The notes below the pieces were generated by a model. That model saw only the letters and a list, made by a program, of their open reading frames with translations. It did not search any database and was not told the DNA's origin. This document shows, piece after piece, positions 1 through 12,947 of a stretch of DNA of 64,000 bases (position 1 is its first letter; every line of letters starts with the position of its first letter). The stretch covers positions 1,240,001 to 1,304,000 of the forward strand of contig OZ374558.1 in the NCBI GenBank assembly GCA_977862235.1, written 5' to 3'. The DNA comes from Dudresnaya verticillata. Taxonomy: Eukaryota. The position numbers and the translations under genes are program-made.

Positions 1-3000
1 CCCGCGACGTCTGTCAGTAGGGGCAGTCACATCTGGATTCGATGGAATCTCTCAAAGCCTGAAACTGGAAAACGCATGAGCGGCTTTAGTTCCTTGCTCA
101 TACACGTCGCAGGCTACAGGGACATCCTGCACGACGCCGTATATATTTTGTTCCGGAAAAGTCCCAGTATGAACGCAGAGAGCATGACGTTGCGCTCAGT
201 GTAGTACTCAAACGCATATGGGTTTTATTTTGGCCTCAGGGATTCCATTTGATACTCTCCAGCATGGGATAGCTCTTCCATGGTGCGCTGGAAAGCGTCT
301 TCGCTGGTGGTGCGAAGTTCGCATGTTTCCAGTCTTTCGGCCAATCTCCTCATACTGATAACGTCAAATTGCCATGTCATGGTCCTTTGCAAATCCCAAA
401 CCACCTGCAAGATACTGTGTTCCCAGAAAATGTGCGACGGCCAAACATCCATTTCGCAAGGAGAGTGCAATAAGACTTCTCCCGCGACGTCTGTCAGTAG
501 GGACAGTCACATCTGGAATCGATGGAATCTCTCAAAGCCTGAAACTGGAAAAACCATGAGCGGCTTTAGTTCCTTGCTCATACACGTCGCAGGCTACAGG
601 GACATCCTGCACGACGCCGTATATATTTTGTTCTGGAGAAGTGCCAGCATGAACGCAGAGAGCATGATGTTGCGCTCAGTGTAGTACTCAAGCGCATATG
701 GGTTTTCTTTTGGCCTCAGGGATTCCATTTGATACTCTCCAGCATGGGATAGCTCTTCCATGGTGCGCTGGAAAGCGTCTTCGCTGGTGGTGCGAAGTTC
801 GCATGTTTCCAGTCTTTCGGCCAATCTCCTCATACTGATAACGTCAAATTGCCATGTCATGGTCCTTTGCAAATCCCAAACCACCTGCAAGATACTGTGT
901 TCCCAGAAAATGTGCGACGGGCAAACATCCATTTTGCAAGGAGAGTGCAATAAGACTTCTCCCGCGACGTCTGTCAGTAGGGAAAGTCACATCTGGATTC
1001 GATGGAATCTCTCCAAGCATGAAACTGGAAAACGCATGAGCGGCGTAAGGTCCTTGCTCATACAGTTCGCAGGCTACAGGGACATCCTGCACGACGCCGT
1101 ATATATTTTGTTCAGGAAAAGTGCCAGCATGAACGCAGAGAGCATGACGTTGCGCTCAGTGTAGTACTCAAACGCATATGGGTTTTATTTTGGCCTCAGG
1201 GATTCCATTTGATACTCTCCAGCATGGGATAGCTCTTCCATGGTGCGCTGGAAAGCGTCTTCGCTGGTGGTGCGAAGTTCGCATGTTTCCAGTCTTTCGG
1301 CCAATCTCCTCATACTGAAAACGTCAAATTGCCATGTCATGGTCCTTTGCAAATCCCAAAACACCTGTAAGATACTGTGTTCCCAGAAAATGTGCGACGG
1401 GCAAACATCCATTTTGCAAGGAGAGTGCAATAAGACTTCTCCCGCGACGTCTGTCAGTAGGGAAAGTCACATCTGGATTCGATGGAATCTCTCCAAGCAT
1501 GAAACTGGAAAACGCATGAGCGGCGTAAGGTCCTTGCTCATACAGGTCGCAGGCTACAGGGACATCCTGCACGAAGCCGTATATATTTTGTTCTGGAAAA
1601 GTCCCAGTATGAACGCAGAGAGCATGACGTTGCGCTCAGTGTAGTACTCAAGCGCATATGGGTTTTATTTTGGCCTCAGGGATTGCATTTGATACTCTCC
1701 AGCATGGGATAGCTCTTCCATGGTGCGCTGGAAAGCGTCTTCGCTGGTGGTGCGAAGTTCGCATGTTTCCAGTCTTTCGGCCAATCTCCTCATACTGATA
1801 ACGTCAAATTGCCATGTCATGGTCCTTTGCAAATCCCAAAACACCTGTAAGATACTGTGTTCCCAGAAAATGTGCGACGGGCAAACATCCATTTTGCAAG
1901 GAGAGTGCAATAAGACTTCTCCCGCGACGTCTGTCAGTAGGGAAAGTCACATCTGGATTCGATGGAATCTCTCCAAGCATGAAACTGGAAAACGCATGAG
2001 CGGCGTAAGGTCCTTGCTCATACAGTTCGCAGGCTACAGGGACATCCTGCACGACGCCGTATATATTTTGTTCAGGAAAAGTGCCAGCATGAACGCAGAG
2101 AGCATGACGTTGCGCTCAGTGTAGTACTCAAACGAATATGGGTCTTCTTTCGGCCTCAGGAATTCCATTTGATACTCTACAGCATGGGATAGCTCTTCCA
2201 TGGTGCGCTGGAAAGCGTCTTCGCTGGTGGTGCGAAGTTCGCATGTTTCCAGTCTTTCGGCCAATCTCATACTGAAAACGTCAAATTGCCATGTCATGGT
2301 CCTTTCCAAATCCCAAACCACCTGCAAGATATTGTGTTCCCAGAAAATGTGCGACGGGCAAACATCCATTTCGCAAGGAGAGTGCAATAAGACTTCTCCC
2401 GCGACGTCTGTCAGTAGGGAAAGTCACATCTGGATTCGATGGAATCTCTCAAAGCCTGAAACTGGAAAACACATGAGCGGCTTTAATTCCTTGCTCATAC
2501 ACGTCGCAGGCTACAGGGACATCCTGCACGACGCCGTATATATTTTGTTCCGGAAAAGTCCCAGTATGAACGCAGAGAGCATGACGTTGCGCTCAGTGTA
2601 GTACTCAAACGCATATGGGTTTTATTTTGGCCTCAGGGATTCCATTTGATACTCTCCAGCATGAGATAGCTCTTCCATGGTGCGCTGGAAAGCGTCCTCG
2701 CTGGTGGTGCGAAGTTCGCATGTTTCCAGTCTTTCGGCCAATCTCCTCATACTGAAAACGTCAAATTGCCATGTCATGGTCCTTTGCAAATCCCAAAACA
2801 CCTGTAAGATACTGTGTTCCCAGAAAATGTGCGACGGGCAAACATCCATTTTGCAAGGAGAGTGCAATAAGACTTCTCCCGCGACGTCTGTCAGTAGGGA
2901 AAGTCACATCTGGATTCGATGGAATCTCTCCAAGCATGAAACTGGAAAACGCATGAGCGGCGTAAGGTCCTTGCTCATACAGTTCGCAGGCTACAGGGAC

Positions 3001-6000
3001 ATCCTGCACGACGCCGTATATATTTTGTTCAGGAAAAGTGCCAGCATGAACGCAGAGAGCATGACGTTGCGCTCAGTGTAGTACTCAAGCGCATATGGGT
3101 TTTATTTTGGCCTCAGGGATTGCATTTGATACTCTCCAGCATGGGATAGCTCTTCCATGGTGCGCTGGAAAGCGTCTTCGCTGGTGGTGCGAAGTTCGCA
3201 TGTTTCCAGTCTTTCGGCCAATCTCCCCATACTGATAACGTCAAATTGCCATGTCATGGTCCTTTGCAAATCCCAAACCACCTGCAAGATACTGTGTTCC
3301 CAGAAAATGTGCGACGGCCAAACATCCTTTTTGCAAGGAGAGTGCAATAAGACTTCTCCCGCGACGTCTGTCAGTAGGGACAGTCACATCTGGAATCGAT
3401 GGAATCTCTCAAAGCCTGAAACTGGAAAAACCATGAGCGGCTTTAGTTCCTTGCTCATACACGTCGCAGGCTACAGGGACATCCTGCACGACGCCGTATA
3501 TATTTTGTTCCGGAAAAGTCCCAGTATGAACGCAGAGAGCATGACGTTGCGCTCAGTGTAGTACTCAAACGCATATGGGTTTTATTTTGGCCTCAGGGAT
3601 TCCATTTGATACTCTCCAGCATGAGATAGCTCTTCCATGGTGCGCTGGAAAGCGTCCTCGCTGGTGGTGCGAAGTTCGCATGTTTCCAGTCTTTCGGCCA
3701 ATCTCCTCATACTGAAAACGTCAAATTGCCATGTCATGGTCCTTTGCAAATCCCAAAACACCTGTAAGATACTGTGTTCCCAGAAAATGTGCGACGGGCA
3801 AACATCCATTTTGCAAGGAGAGTGCAATAAGACTTCTCCCGCGACGTCTGTCAGTAGGGAAAGTCACATCTGGATTCGATGGAATCTCTCCAAGCATGAA
3901 ACTGGAAAACGCATGAGCGGCGTAAGGTCCTTGCTCATACAGTTCGCAGGCTACAGGGACATCCTGCACGACGCCGTATATATTTTGTTCAGGAAAAGTG
4001 CCAGCATGAACGCAGAGAGCATGACGTTGCGCTCAGTGTAGTACTCAAGCGCATATGGGTTTTATTTTGGCCTCAGGGATTGCATTTGATACTCTCCAGC
4101 ATGGGATAGCTCTTCCATGGTGCGCTGGAAAGCGTCTTCGCTGGTGGTGCGAAGTTCGCATGTTTCCAGTCTTTCGGCCAATCTCCCCATACTGATAACG
4201 TCAAATTGCCATGTCATGGTCCTTTGCAAATCCCAAACCACCTGCAAGATACTGTGTTCCCAGAAAATGTGCGACGGCCAAACATCCTTTTTGCAAGGAG
4301 AGTGCAATAAGACTTCTCCCGCGACGTCTGTCAGTAGGGACAGTCACATCTGGAATCGATGGAATCTCTCAAAGCCTGAAACTGGAAAAACCATGAGCGG
4401 CTTTAGTTCCTTGCTCATACACGTCGCAGGCTACAGGGACATCCTGCACGACGCCGTATATATTTTGTTCTGGAGAAGTGCCAGCATGAACGCAGAGAGC
4501 ATGATGTTGCGCTCAGTGTAGTACTCAAGCGCATATGGGTTTTCTTTTGGCCTCAGGGATTCCATTTGATACTCTCCAGCATGGGATAGCTCTTCCATGG
4601 TGCGCTGGAAAGCGTCTTCGCTGGTGGTGCGAAGTTCGCATGTTTCCAGTCTTTCGGCCAATCTCCTCATACTGAAAACGTCAAATTGCCATGTCATGGT
4701 CCTTTGCAAATCCCAAACCACCTGCAAGATACTGTGTTCCCAGAAAATGTGCGACGGGCAAACATCCATTTTGCAAGGAGAGTGCAATAAGACTTCTCCC
4801 GCGATGTCTGTCAGTAGGGAAAGTCACATCTGGATTCGATGGAATCTCTCCAAGCATGAAACTGGAAAACACATGAGCGGCGTAAGGTCCTTGCTCATAC
4901 AGTTCGCAGGCTACAGGGACATCCTGCACGAAGCCGTATATATTTTGTTCAGGAAAAGTGCCAGCATGAACGCAGAGAGCATGACGTTGCGCTCAGTGTA
5001 GTACTCAAACGCATATGGGTTTTATTTTGGCCTCAGGGATTCCATTTGATACTCTCCAGCATGGGATAGCTCTTCCATGGTGCGCTGGAAAGCGTCTTCG
5101 CTGGTGGTGCGAAGTTCGCATGTTTCCAGTCTTTCGGCCAATCTCCTCATACTGAAAACGTCAAATTGCCATGTCATGGTCCTTTGCAAATCCCAAAACA
5201 CCTGTAAGATACTGTGTTCCCAGAAAATGTGCGACGGGCAAACATCCATTTTGCAAGGAGAGTGCAATAAGACTTCTCCCGCGACGTCTGTCAGTAGGGA
5301 AAGTCACATCTGGATTCGATGGAATCTCTCCAAGCATGAAACTGGAAAACGCATGAGCGGCGTAAGGTCCTTGCTCATACAGTTCGCAGGCTACAGGGAC
5401 ATCCTGCACGAAGCCGTATATATTTTGTTCTGGAAAAGTCCCAGTATGAACGCAGAGAGCATGACGTTGCGCTCAGTGTAGTACTCAAGCGCATATGGGT
5501 TTTATTTTGGCCTCAGGGATTGCATTTGATACTCTCCAGCATGGGATAGCTCTTCCATGGTGCGCTGGAAAGCGTCTTCGCTGGTGGTGCGAAGTTCGCA
5601 TGTTTCCAGTCTTTCGGCCAATCTCCTCATACTGATAACGTCAAATTGCCATGTCATGGTCCTTTGCAAATCCCAAAACACCTGTAAGATACTGTGTTCC
5701 CAGAAAATGTGCGACGGGCAAACATCCATTTTGCAAGGAGAGTGCAATAAGACTTCTCCCGCGACGTCTGTCAGTAGGGAAAGTCACATCTGGATTCGAT
5801 GGAATCTCTCCAAGCATGAAACTGGAAAACGCATGAGCGGCGTAAGGTCCTTGCTCATACAGTTCGCAGGCTACAGGGACATCCTGCACGACGCCGTATA
5901 TATTTTGTTCAGGAAAAGTGCCAGCATGAACGCAGAGAGCATGACGTTGCGCTCAGTGTAGTACTCAAACGAATATGGGTCTTCTTTCGGCCTCAGGAAT

Positions 6001-9000
6001 TCCATTTGATACTCTACAGCATGGGATAGCTCTTCCATGGTGCGCTGGAAAGCGTCTTCGCTGGTGGTGCGAAGTTCGCATGTTTCCAGTCTTTCGGCCA
6101 ATCTCATACTGAAAACGTCAAATTGCCATGTCATGGTCCTTTCCAAATCCCAAACCACCTGCAAGATATTGTGTTCCCAGAAAATGTGCGACGGCCAAAC
6201 ATCCATTTCGCAAGGAGAGTGCAATAAGACTTCTCCCGCGACGTCTGTCAGTAGGGACAGTCACATCTGGATTCGATGGAATCTCTCAAAGCCTGAAACT
6301 GGAAAACGCATGAGCGGCTTTAGTTCCTTGCTCATACACGTCGCAGGCTACAGGGACATCCTGCACGACGCCGTATATATTTTGTTCAGGAAAAGTGCCA
6401 GCATGAACGCAGAGAGCATGACGTTGCGCTCAGTGTAGTACTCAAACGCATATGGGTTTTATTTTGGCCTCAGGGATTCCATTTGATACTCTCCAGCATG
6501 GGATAGCTCTTCCATGGTGCGCTGGAAAGCGTCTTCGCTGGTGGTGCGAAGTTCGCATGTTTCCAGTCTTTCGGCCAATCTCCTCATACTGAAAACGTCA
6601 AATTGCCATGTCATGGTCCTTTGCAAATCCCAAAACACCTGTAAGATACTGTGTTCCCAGAAAATGTGCGACGGGCAAACATCCATTTTGCAAGGAGAGT
6701 GCAATAAGACTTCTCCCGCGACGTCTGTCAGTAGGGAAAGTCACATCTGGATTCGATGGAATCTCTCCAAGCATGAAACTGGAAAACGCATGAGCGGCGT
6801 AAGGTCCTTGCTCATACAGGTCGCAGGCTACAGGGACATCCTGCACGAAGCCGTATATATTTTGTTCTGGAAAAGTCCCAGTATGAACGCAGAGAGCATG
6901 ACGTTGCGCTCAGTGTAGTACTCAAGCGCATATGGGTTTTATTTTGGCCTCAGGGATTGCATTTGATACTCTCCAGCATGGGATAGCTCTTCCATGGTGC
7001 GCTGGAAAGCGTCTTCGCTGGTGGTGCGAAGTTCGCATGTTTCCAGTCTTTCGGCCAATCTCCTCATACTGATAACGTCAAATTGCCATGTCATGGTCCT
7101 TTGCAAATCCCAAAACACCTGTAAGATACTGTGTTCCCAGAAAATGTGCGACGGGCAAACATCCATTTTGCAAGGAGAGTGCAATAAGACTTCTCCCGCG
7201 ACGTCTGTCAGTAGGGAAAGTCACATCTGGATTCGATGGAATCTCTCCAAGCATGAAACTGGAAAACGCATGAGCGGCGTAAGGTCCTTGCTCATACAGT
7301 TCGCAGGCTACAGGGACATCCTGCACGACGCCGTATATATTTTGTTCAGGAAAAGTGCCAGCATGAACGCAGAGAGCATGACGTTGCGCTCAGTGTAGTA
7401 CTCAAACGAATATGGGTCTTCTTTCGGCCTCAGGAATTCCATTTGATACTCTACAGCATGGGATAGCTCTTCCATGGTGCGCTGGAAAGCGTCTTCGCTG
7501 GTGGTGCGAAGTTCGCATGTTTCCAGTCTTTCGGCCAATCTCATACTGAAAACGTCAAATTGCCATGTCATGGTCCTTTCCAAATCCCAAACCACCTGCA
7601 AGATATTGTGTTCCCAGAAAATGTGCGACGGGCAAACATCCATTTCGCAAGGAGAGTGCAATAAGACTTCTCCCGCGACGTCTGTCAGTAGGGACAGTCA
7701 CATCTGGAATCGATGGAATCTCTCAAAGCCTGAAACTGGAAAACACATGAGCGGCTTTAGTTCCTTGCTCATACACGTCGCAGGCTACAGGGACATCCTG
7801 CACGACGCCGTATATATTTTGTTCCGGAAAAGTCCCAGTATGAACGCAGAGAGCATGACGTTGCGCTCAGTGTAGTACTCAAACGCATATGGGTTTTATT
7901 TTGGCCTCAGGGATTCCATTTGATACTCTCCAGCATGAGATAGCTCTTCCATGGTGCGCTGGAAAGCGTCCTCGCTGGTGGTGCGAAGTTCGCATGTTTC
8001 CAGTCTTTCGGCCAATCTCCTCATACTGAAAACGTCAAATTGCCATGTCATGGTCCTTTGCAAATCCCAAAACACCTGTAAGATACTGTGTTCCCAGAAA
8101 ATGTGCGACGGGCAAACATCCATTTTGCAAGGAGAGTGCAATAAGACTTCTCCCGCGACGTCTGTCAGTAGGGGCAGTCACATCTGGATTCGATGGAATC
8201 TCTCAAAGCCTGAAACTGGAAAACGCATGAGCGGCTTTAGTTCCTTGCTCATACACGTCGCAGGCTACAGGGACATCCTGCACGACGCCGTATATATTTT
8301 GTTCCGGAAAAGTCCCAGTATGAACGCAGAGAGCATGACGTTGCGCTCAGTGTAGTACTCAAACGCATATGGGTTTTATTTTGGCCTCAGGGATTCCATT
8401 TGATACTCTCCAGCATGGGATAGCTCTTCCATGGTGCGCTGGAAAGCGTCTTCGCTGGTGGTGCGAAGTTCGCATGTTTCCAGTCTTTCGGCCAATCTCC
8501 CCATACTGATAACGTCAAATTGCCATGTCATGGTCCTTTGCAAATCCCAAACCACCTGCAAGATACTGTGTTCCCAGAAAATGTGCGACGGCCAAACATC
8601 CTTTTTGCAAGGAGAGTGCAATAAGACTTCTCCCGCGACGTCTGTCAGTAGGGACAGTCACATCTGGAATCGATGGAATCTCTCAAAGCCTGAAACTGGA
8701 AAAACCATGAGCGGCTTTAGTTCCTTGCTCATACACGTCGCAGGCTACAGGGACATCCTGCACGACGCCGTATATATTTTGTTCTGGAGAAGTGCCAGCA
8801 TGAACGCAGAGAGCATGATGTTGCGCTCAGTGTAGTACTCAAGCGCATATGGGTTTTCTTTTGGCCTCAGGGATTCCATTTGATACTCTCCAGCATGGGA
8901 TAGCTCTTCCATGGTGCGCTGGAAAGCGTCTTCGCTGGTGGTGCGAAGTTCGCATGTTTCCAGTCTTTCGGCCAATCTCCTCATACTGATAACGTCAAAT

Positions 9001-9285
9001 TGCCATGTCATGGTCCTTTGCAAATCCCAAACCACCTGCAAGATACTGTGTTCCCAGAAAATGTGCGACGGCCAAACATCCTTTTTGCAAGGAGAGTGCA
9101 ATAAGACTTCTCCCGCGACGTCTGTCAGTAGGGACAGTCACATCTGGAATCGATGGAATCACTCCTAGCATGAAACTGGAAAAACCATGAGCGGCGTAAG
9201 GTCCTTGCTCATACAGGTCGCAGGCTACAGGGACATCCTGCACGACGCCGTATATATTTTGTTCTGCAGAAGTGCCAGCATGAAC
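1..9285. repeat. Tandem array of ~19.4 x 480-bp units (three units are 477 bp), open at the window start; the unit is a decayed segment of a Sel1-repeat gene
   Basis: Exact 480-bp periodicity with a 3-bp deletion (ccaatctcat vs ccaatctcctcat) in units near 2265, 6105 and 7540. The minus-strand translation QDVPVACELYEQG...FMLGEI..PDV..PTDRRRGRSLI...AHFLGTQYL aligns to the Sel1 ORFs at 21006-21875 and 31864-32658. The array ends abruptly at ...gccagcatgaac (9285). Confidence 0.98.
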
Positions 9286-9697
9286 TGTGGTGCAAACGTC
9301 TGAAGACGTTACACCGCCGAGCAGTTCGGGGCTCGGTGGGTAGCTGCGCCCGTGGCGGTGAGGAGCCTCGCCTTGGGTGGTCTGTGGTAGAGCAGAGGAC
9401 ACGCCTTGGGCGGACTGTAGACGGCCGAGGCGGAAAGGAAGGAAAAAGGAGACAGAAAGGAAACACGTCAAGGACGGTGATAGACGTGGAAGCACGGGAG
9501 GTAGACGCTTGAGCCGTAGGCAGCAGTAGGATACGCGCGTGCGGAACGGGGAAGTCTGGACCAAGGCCGGCTTGCCCGGGCGTTTACTGCTACGTCTGGG
9601 ACGGCTTACCTAAGTATAGTACGGCGGTGCGGCGGCGGTGGTGCGTGTGCGTAGCGCGGGAACTCGGGACACGTGTTGTCCCGAGGCGCGTCTGACA
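9286..9697 (-). mobile_element. Possible LTR-like segment that truncates the array
   Basis: Unrelated sequence starts with TGTGG exactly at the array break and there is a TGACA at 9693-9697. A TATA-like motif and a CT-rich tract lie on the minus strand. No partner LTR, PBS, PPT or TSD found. Confidence 0.3.
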
Positions 9698-9827
9698 GAT
9701 CACCCATCGCATGCAGCCGCGCGCCTGACAGGTTGCCGTGCAACCCCCTGTGTGGGCGCTTACACACACACGTGGACGCGTGTGCCTTACAACCGTGCGC
9801 GCGCGTGTACTGTACAGCGTGCGCCTT

Positions 9828-9985
9828 GGATCTAATCCGATACTTGTCCGATCCCGATCCCATCCGGATCCGGGCCAGCAATGCAAACACTCGCAACCTT
9901 ACAGACGCGTATCTTACAGCTCAGGCGATCCGGATAGCCAATCTGGATACCGGATCCGGATCCCATCGGGATCCGTATTACAGTG
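9828..9985. repeat. GATCC-rich imperfect inverted repeat (MITE-like or subterminal repeats)
   Basis: Dense GATCC/GGATC motifs. Left ccgatcccgatcccatccggatccgg resembles the reverse complement of right ccggatccggatcccatcgggatccg. Confidence 0.45.
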
Positions 9986-10584
9986 CCCCGGGGCGCCATG
10001 TCGGCCCATCACCGTACAGTGCCCGCGTGGCGCGCGGCGCGCAGCGTGCGCGCGCGCCCCAGTGAGCCGTCGATGACGTGTTCGCGCGCCAACGGCGGTG
10101 GTGAGCGCCGGTGGCGGTTTCTCCGTCGGTCGACGTATTTGTTGCTCCGCTTTCAGCGAAAAAGGGGCTCACCCCCCTTGCACCACACGACCCCCCTCCA
10201 AAACGCGAACACGTCCGACCCTCAACCTGCCGCCGCGCGTTTGCCTCCGGCTGTGCCCGTGCCTGCGCTTTGTCTTGGTGTGTCTGCGCGCGCGTGATGC
10301 GACTTCGGCTGTGCCGTGCGAAACCTCGCTCGTGTTGCGCGCCGCGTGCCCTTGCACTACGCCGACATCATCGCCTGTGGCGCTTTGCGATCCCCGTCGT
10401 TGACGTCGTTCAGGCCCCCTCGCCTGTTGGCGTCCTGCTTTGTGTATCGCCTAGGGCGTAGTAACTGAATCGTCGTTGACGTGAGTTTGTAAGGTTTTCG
10501 CCAGTGGCGTTGGACAGTAATCGTCTTTGACGCACGCTTCGAGAACTTTCGCCATTGGCGCCGGATACGAGTCGTCTTTGACGT

Positions 10585-12947
10585 TTGTGGATTCATCCCC
10601 AGCGGCGCGAACTTATTCTCGTCTTCGACGTGATGCCGACCTTCAATGGCATGCAGGTGGCGGCCCCCTCGGCCGCGCCGGTGTACGCGTCACCTGTCGA
10701 CTTCGTCGGTAAGAATCCTCGCGATCACGCGCATTTCTTCGCGCGGGCCCCCTGGTTTGACCAGGAGGCTTTGCGTGAGGATAATTTGGTTTCCCATTAC
10801 GCTACTAGTGGTTTCTTGCCAGGGGGCCTGCCCCTTGGCGTCGTCTGGACGTTAGAGTGGAAGTTGCGCTGCGCGGTTCCGGTGGGGTGGCTTTGGGTGC
10901 GAGCGGGACAATCGCGCGCGGACGTCCACGCGCAGTTCGTCTCAGACGTACATCGACGCTTTACGCGTTATCCCGGGTCGACGTTAACGCCACCCCTTTT
11001 CAATTTCGATGCAGGGCAATATCGTACAGCCGGCGAGGCCGAATACGGTGCTCGTCTCGGGACGTTGTCGTTGAAACACGTGAGCGTGTCCATTTAGCCT
11101 CACATTTTGCAAGAGGCTTACCTCTTAGGTGTACGCTTAAAAGCGGATTTTCGTTACTTGCATCGTACGGACACGTTCTTCTGAGAGCGTTGTATACGCT
11201 GGGAATGTGAAACGCGTCGCCGAAAGGGCGTGTTTGTGCCCTACCAGGACATGCAGGTTGACCGCATTGAGCGTAGTAAGCTACCTTACTGTTTTGTGAA
11301 GGTGCCGCCTGTATGGCGTGAGTTCGAGATATGCGAAGGTTTCGCAGCAGAGCTCCCCCCATGTGTCACGTATCTTGGTTCAGAGCTGATGACCGACCCG
11401 TATTCCAGGTATTGGATCGTTTTCTACACCGAGTGGGTCGCCCACGTGGCGTATGCTTGGCTATAGGAGGTGTATGACACCTTCCGTATGTATAATCTAC
11501 CACCGCGTGTGGTAGCCTATCTCGGTAGCCTCGACTTGGTCGAAATATTTGGTGGTGCCAGGAACTCCGAGGAGTTCTGGGACCTGCGCGCTATTGCGGA
11601 TGAGATCGATTGGAACGACCCGGTCGCCGTGCCGTTAGCTAACAACCGCCGTAAGGCGAAGCGTTCGCGTTACGCGATGAGTCGAACTCATTCCGCCTGT
11701 GGCGATTGGATTTGGTTCAACCCTTGGACAAAGCGTCGTATGACGAAGAACATTGCCGAACGCCATCGTAAGACCGATCGCTTCACGCCGGGTAATCACC
11801 CGCGCGGTTTGCGTAAGACCTGCGACTTTGTCGGTGACTTTCCTCCTCACTTGAGTGCCTTAATGGCGGAGGAGGATGCTCTGCACGCCAACGGCGGACT
11901 GGATAACTCGTCTGGGACGGCTATTGTTACGCCTATGACGATGGAGTCTTCCGCTGAAGCCGTTGTCCCGTCTGCGACGTTACCCACGGGCCCTTCTGCG
12001 GCGAGTGCGATGCCAACCGGCGTGGCCACTGTCGCACCCTTGGACCTTGCGGCGCCCGTTGCGGACGACGAGGGTGACGTCATTATGGCAGTGCCAGTGT
12101 CTGAGCCACCCCCGTCCACAATGGCCGCAGGTGGAGCATCGAGCGTCATAGACGGTTCAGGGAAAGCTCCCAGCGTGCCGGTAGGGACCGAAGAACAGCG
12201 CCGTACGGTCCTCGCGTTGTTGCAGGCTGCCGGAGTCGCTACTAGCGGTTTGAGCGGCTCACCCACGGAGTGGGTGAGCCAATCTTTGTCGGCTGCGGTT
12301 CCGCCTCATGGTGGGTCCGCGCCGAAATCTACTATTGTCGTAGGCTCCGCGTCGAATGACGGTGTGGCAGAAAAGCTGTCGTCGCCTAAGGCGAATGGTC
12401 CAGCGTCCAAAGACGTGAGTATTACTGTATGACTGTACCGCCTGCGGCGAGCGAAACAAATGCTGCTATAGCGTCGTCGACGGCTCAGAAGGGGCCAGGT
12501 GCTCCTGCGTCGGTGACGAGAGCAGAGTTAACAACGCCGAAGGCGAGTGAAGAGGCGACGCCAATCGAGGCGGTTTCTGAACTTACGCCAAAGGCGGTCG
12601 ACGCGTCGTTGACTGCGCTTAAAGGGGATGGCGCTGGACTTGCACCTAAGGCGAATGATAGCTTGCGCTCTGCGCCTATGGAGGGTGTTGTTGCTTCATC
12701 GCCTGTGGCGGATATTGTTCCGACGACGTCAAAGGCGGTTGATAAGTCGCCCCTTTCGCCTGCGGTGCCTGTTGCGGCCACTCCGGTGTCAGTTAAAATG
12801 GCAAGGTCTTTGCGGTCCTCCCCGGCTCCTGACGTGAGTGTACTGTCGACGACGGAGGACGACCTCTACGAAGAGGCGTTGCGTGCGTCCGCCGAAGGCG
12901 TTACTGAAGATGAGTCTGCCGAGTCGTCTGCGACAAAAGAGTCTTGA
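10585..12947 (+). pseudogene. Disrupted hypothetical protein: Trp/Tyr-rich globular region followed by a long Ala/Ser/Pro-rich acidic tail; probably a TE accessory ORF
   Basis: Consecutive protein-like ORF pieces 10585-11097, 11230-11466, 11470-12432 (same frame across one stop) and 12429-12947. No recognised domain. Confidence 0.5.

Noticed and set aside
280..9168. 134-aa plus-strand ORF (MVRWKASSLVV...) repeated in each array unit
   Set aside because: It is the codon-aligned antisense of the Sel1 frame with no domain features. Its persistence reflects recent amplification, not evidence of coding.
1..9285. All stops in the Sel1 frame of the units I translated are TGA (3-4 per unit), so TGA read-through would give one giant ORF
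   Set aside because: Two of the TGAs arise in a frameshifted stretch and the others replace Gly codons. The dioxygenase gene uses TGA as its stop, so there is no support for recoding.
1..9285. CRISPR-like or repeat-spacer array
   Set aside because: Units are wholly repeated, with no unique spacers and no cas genes.
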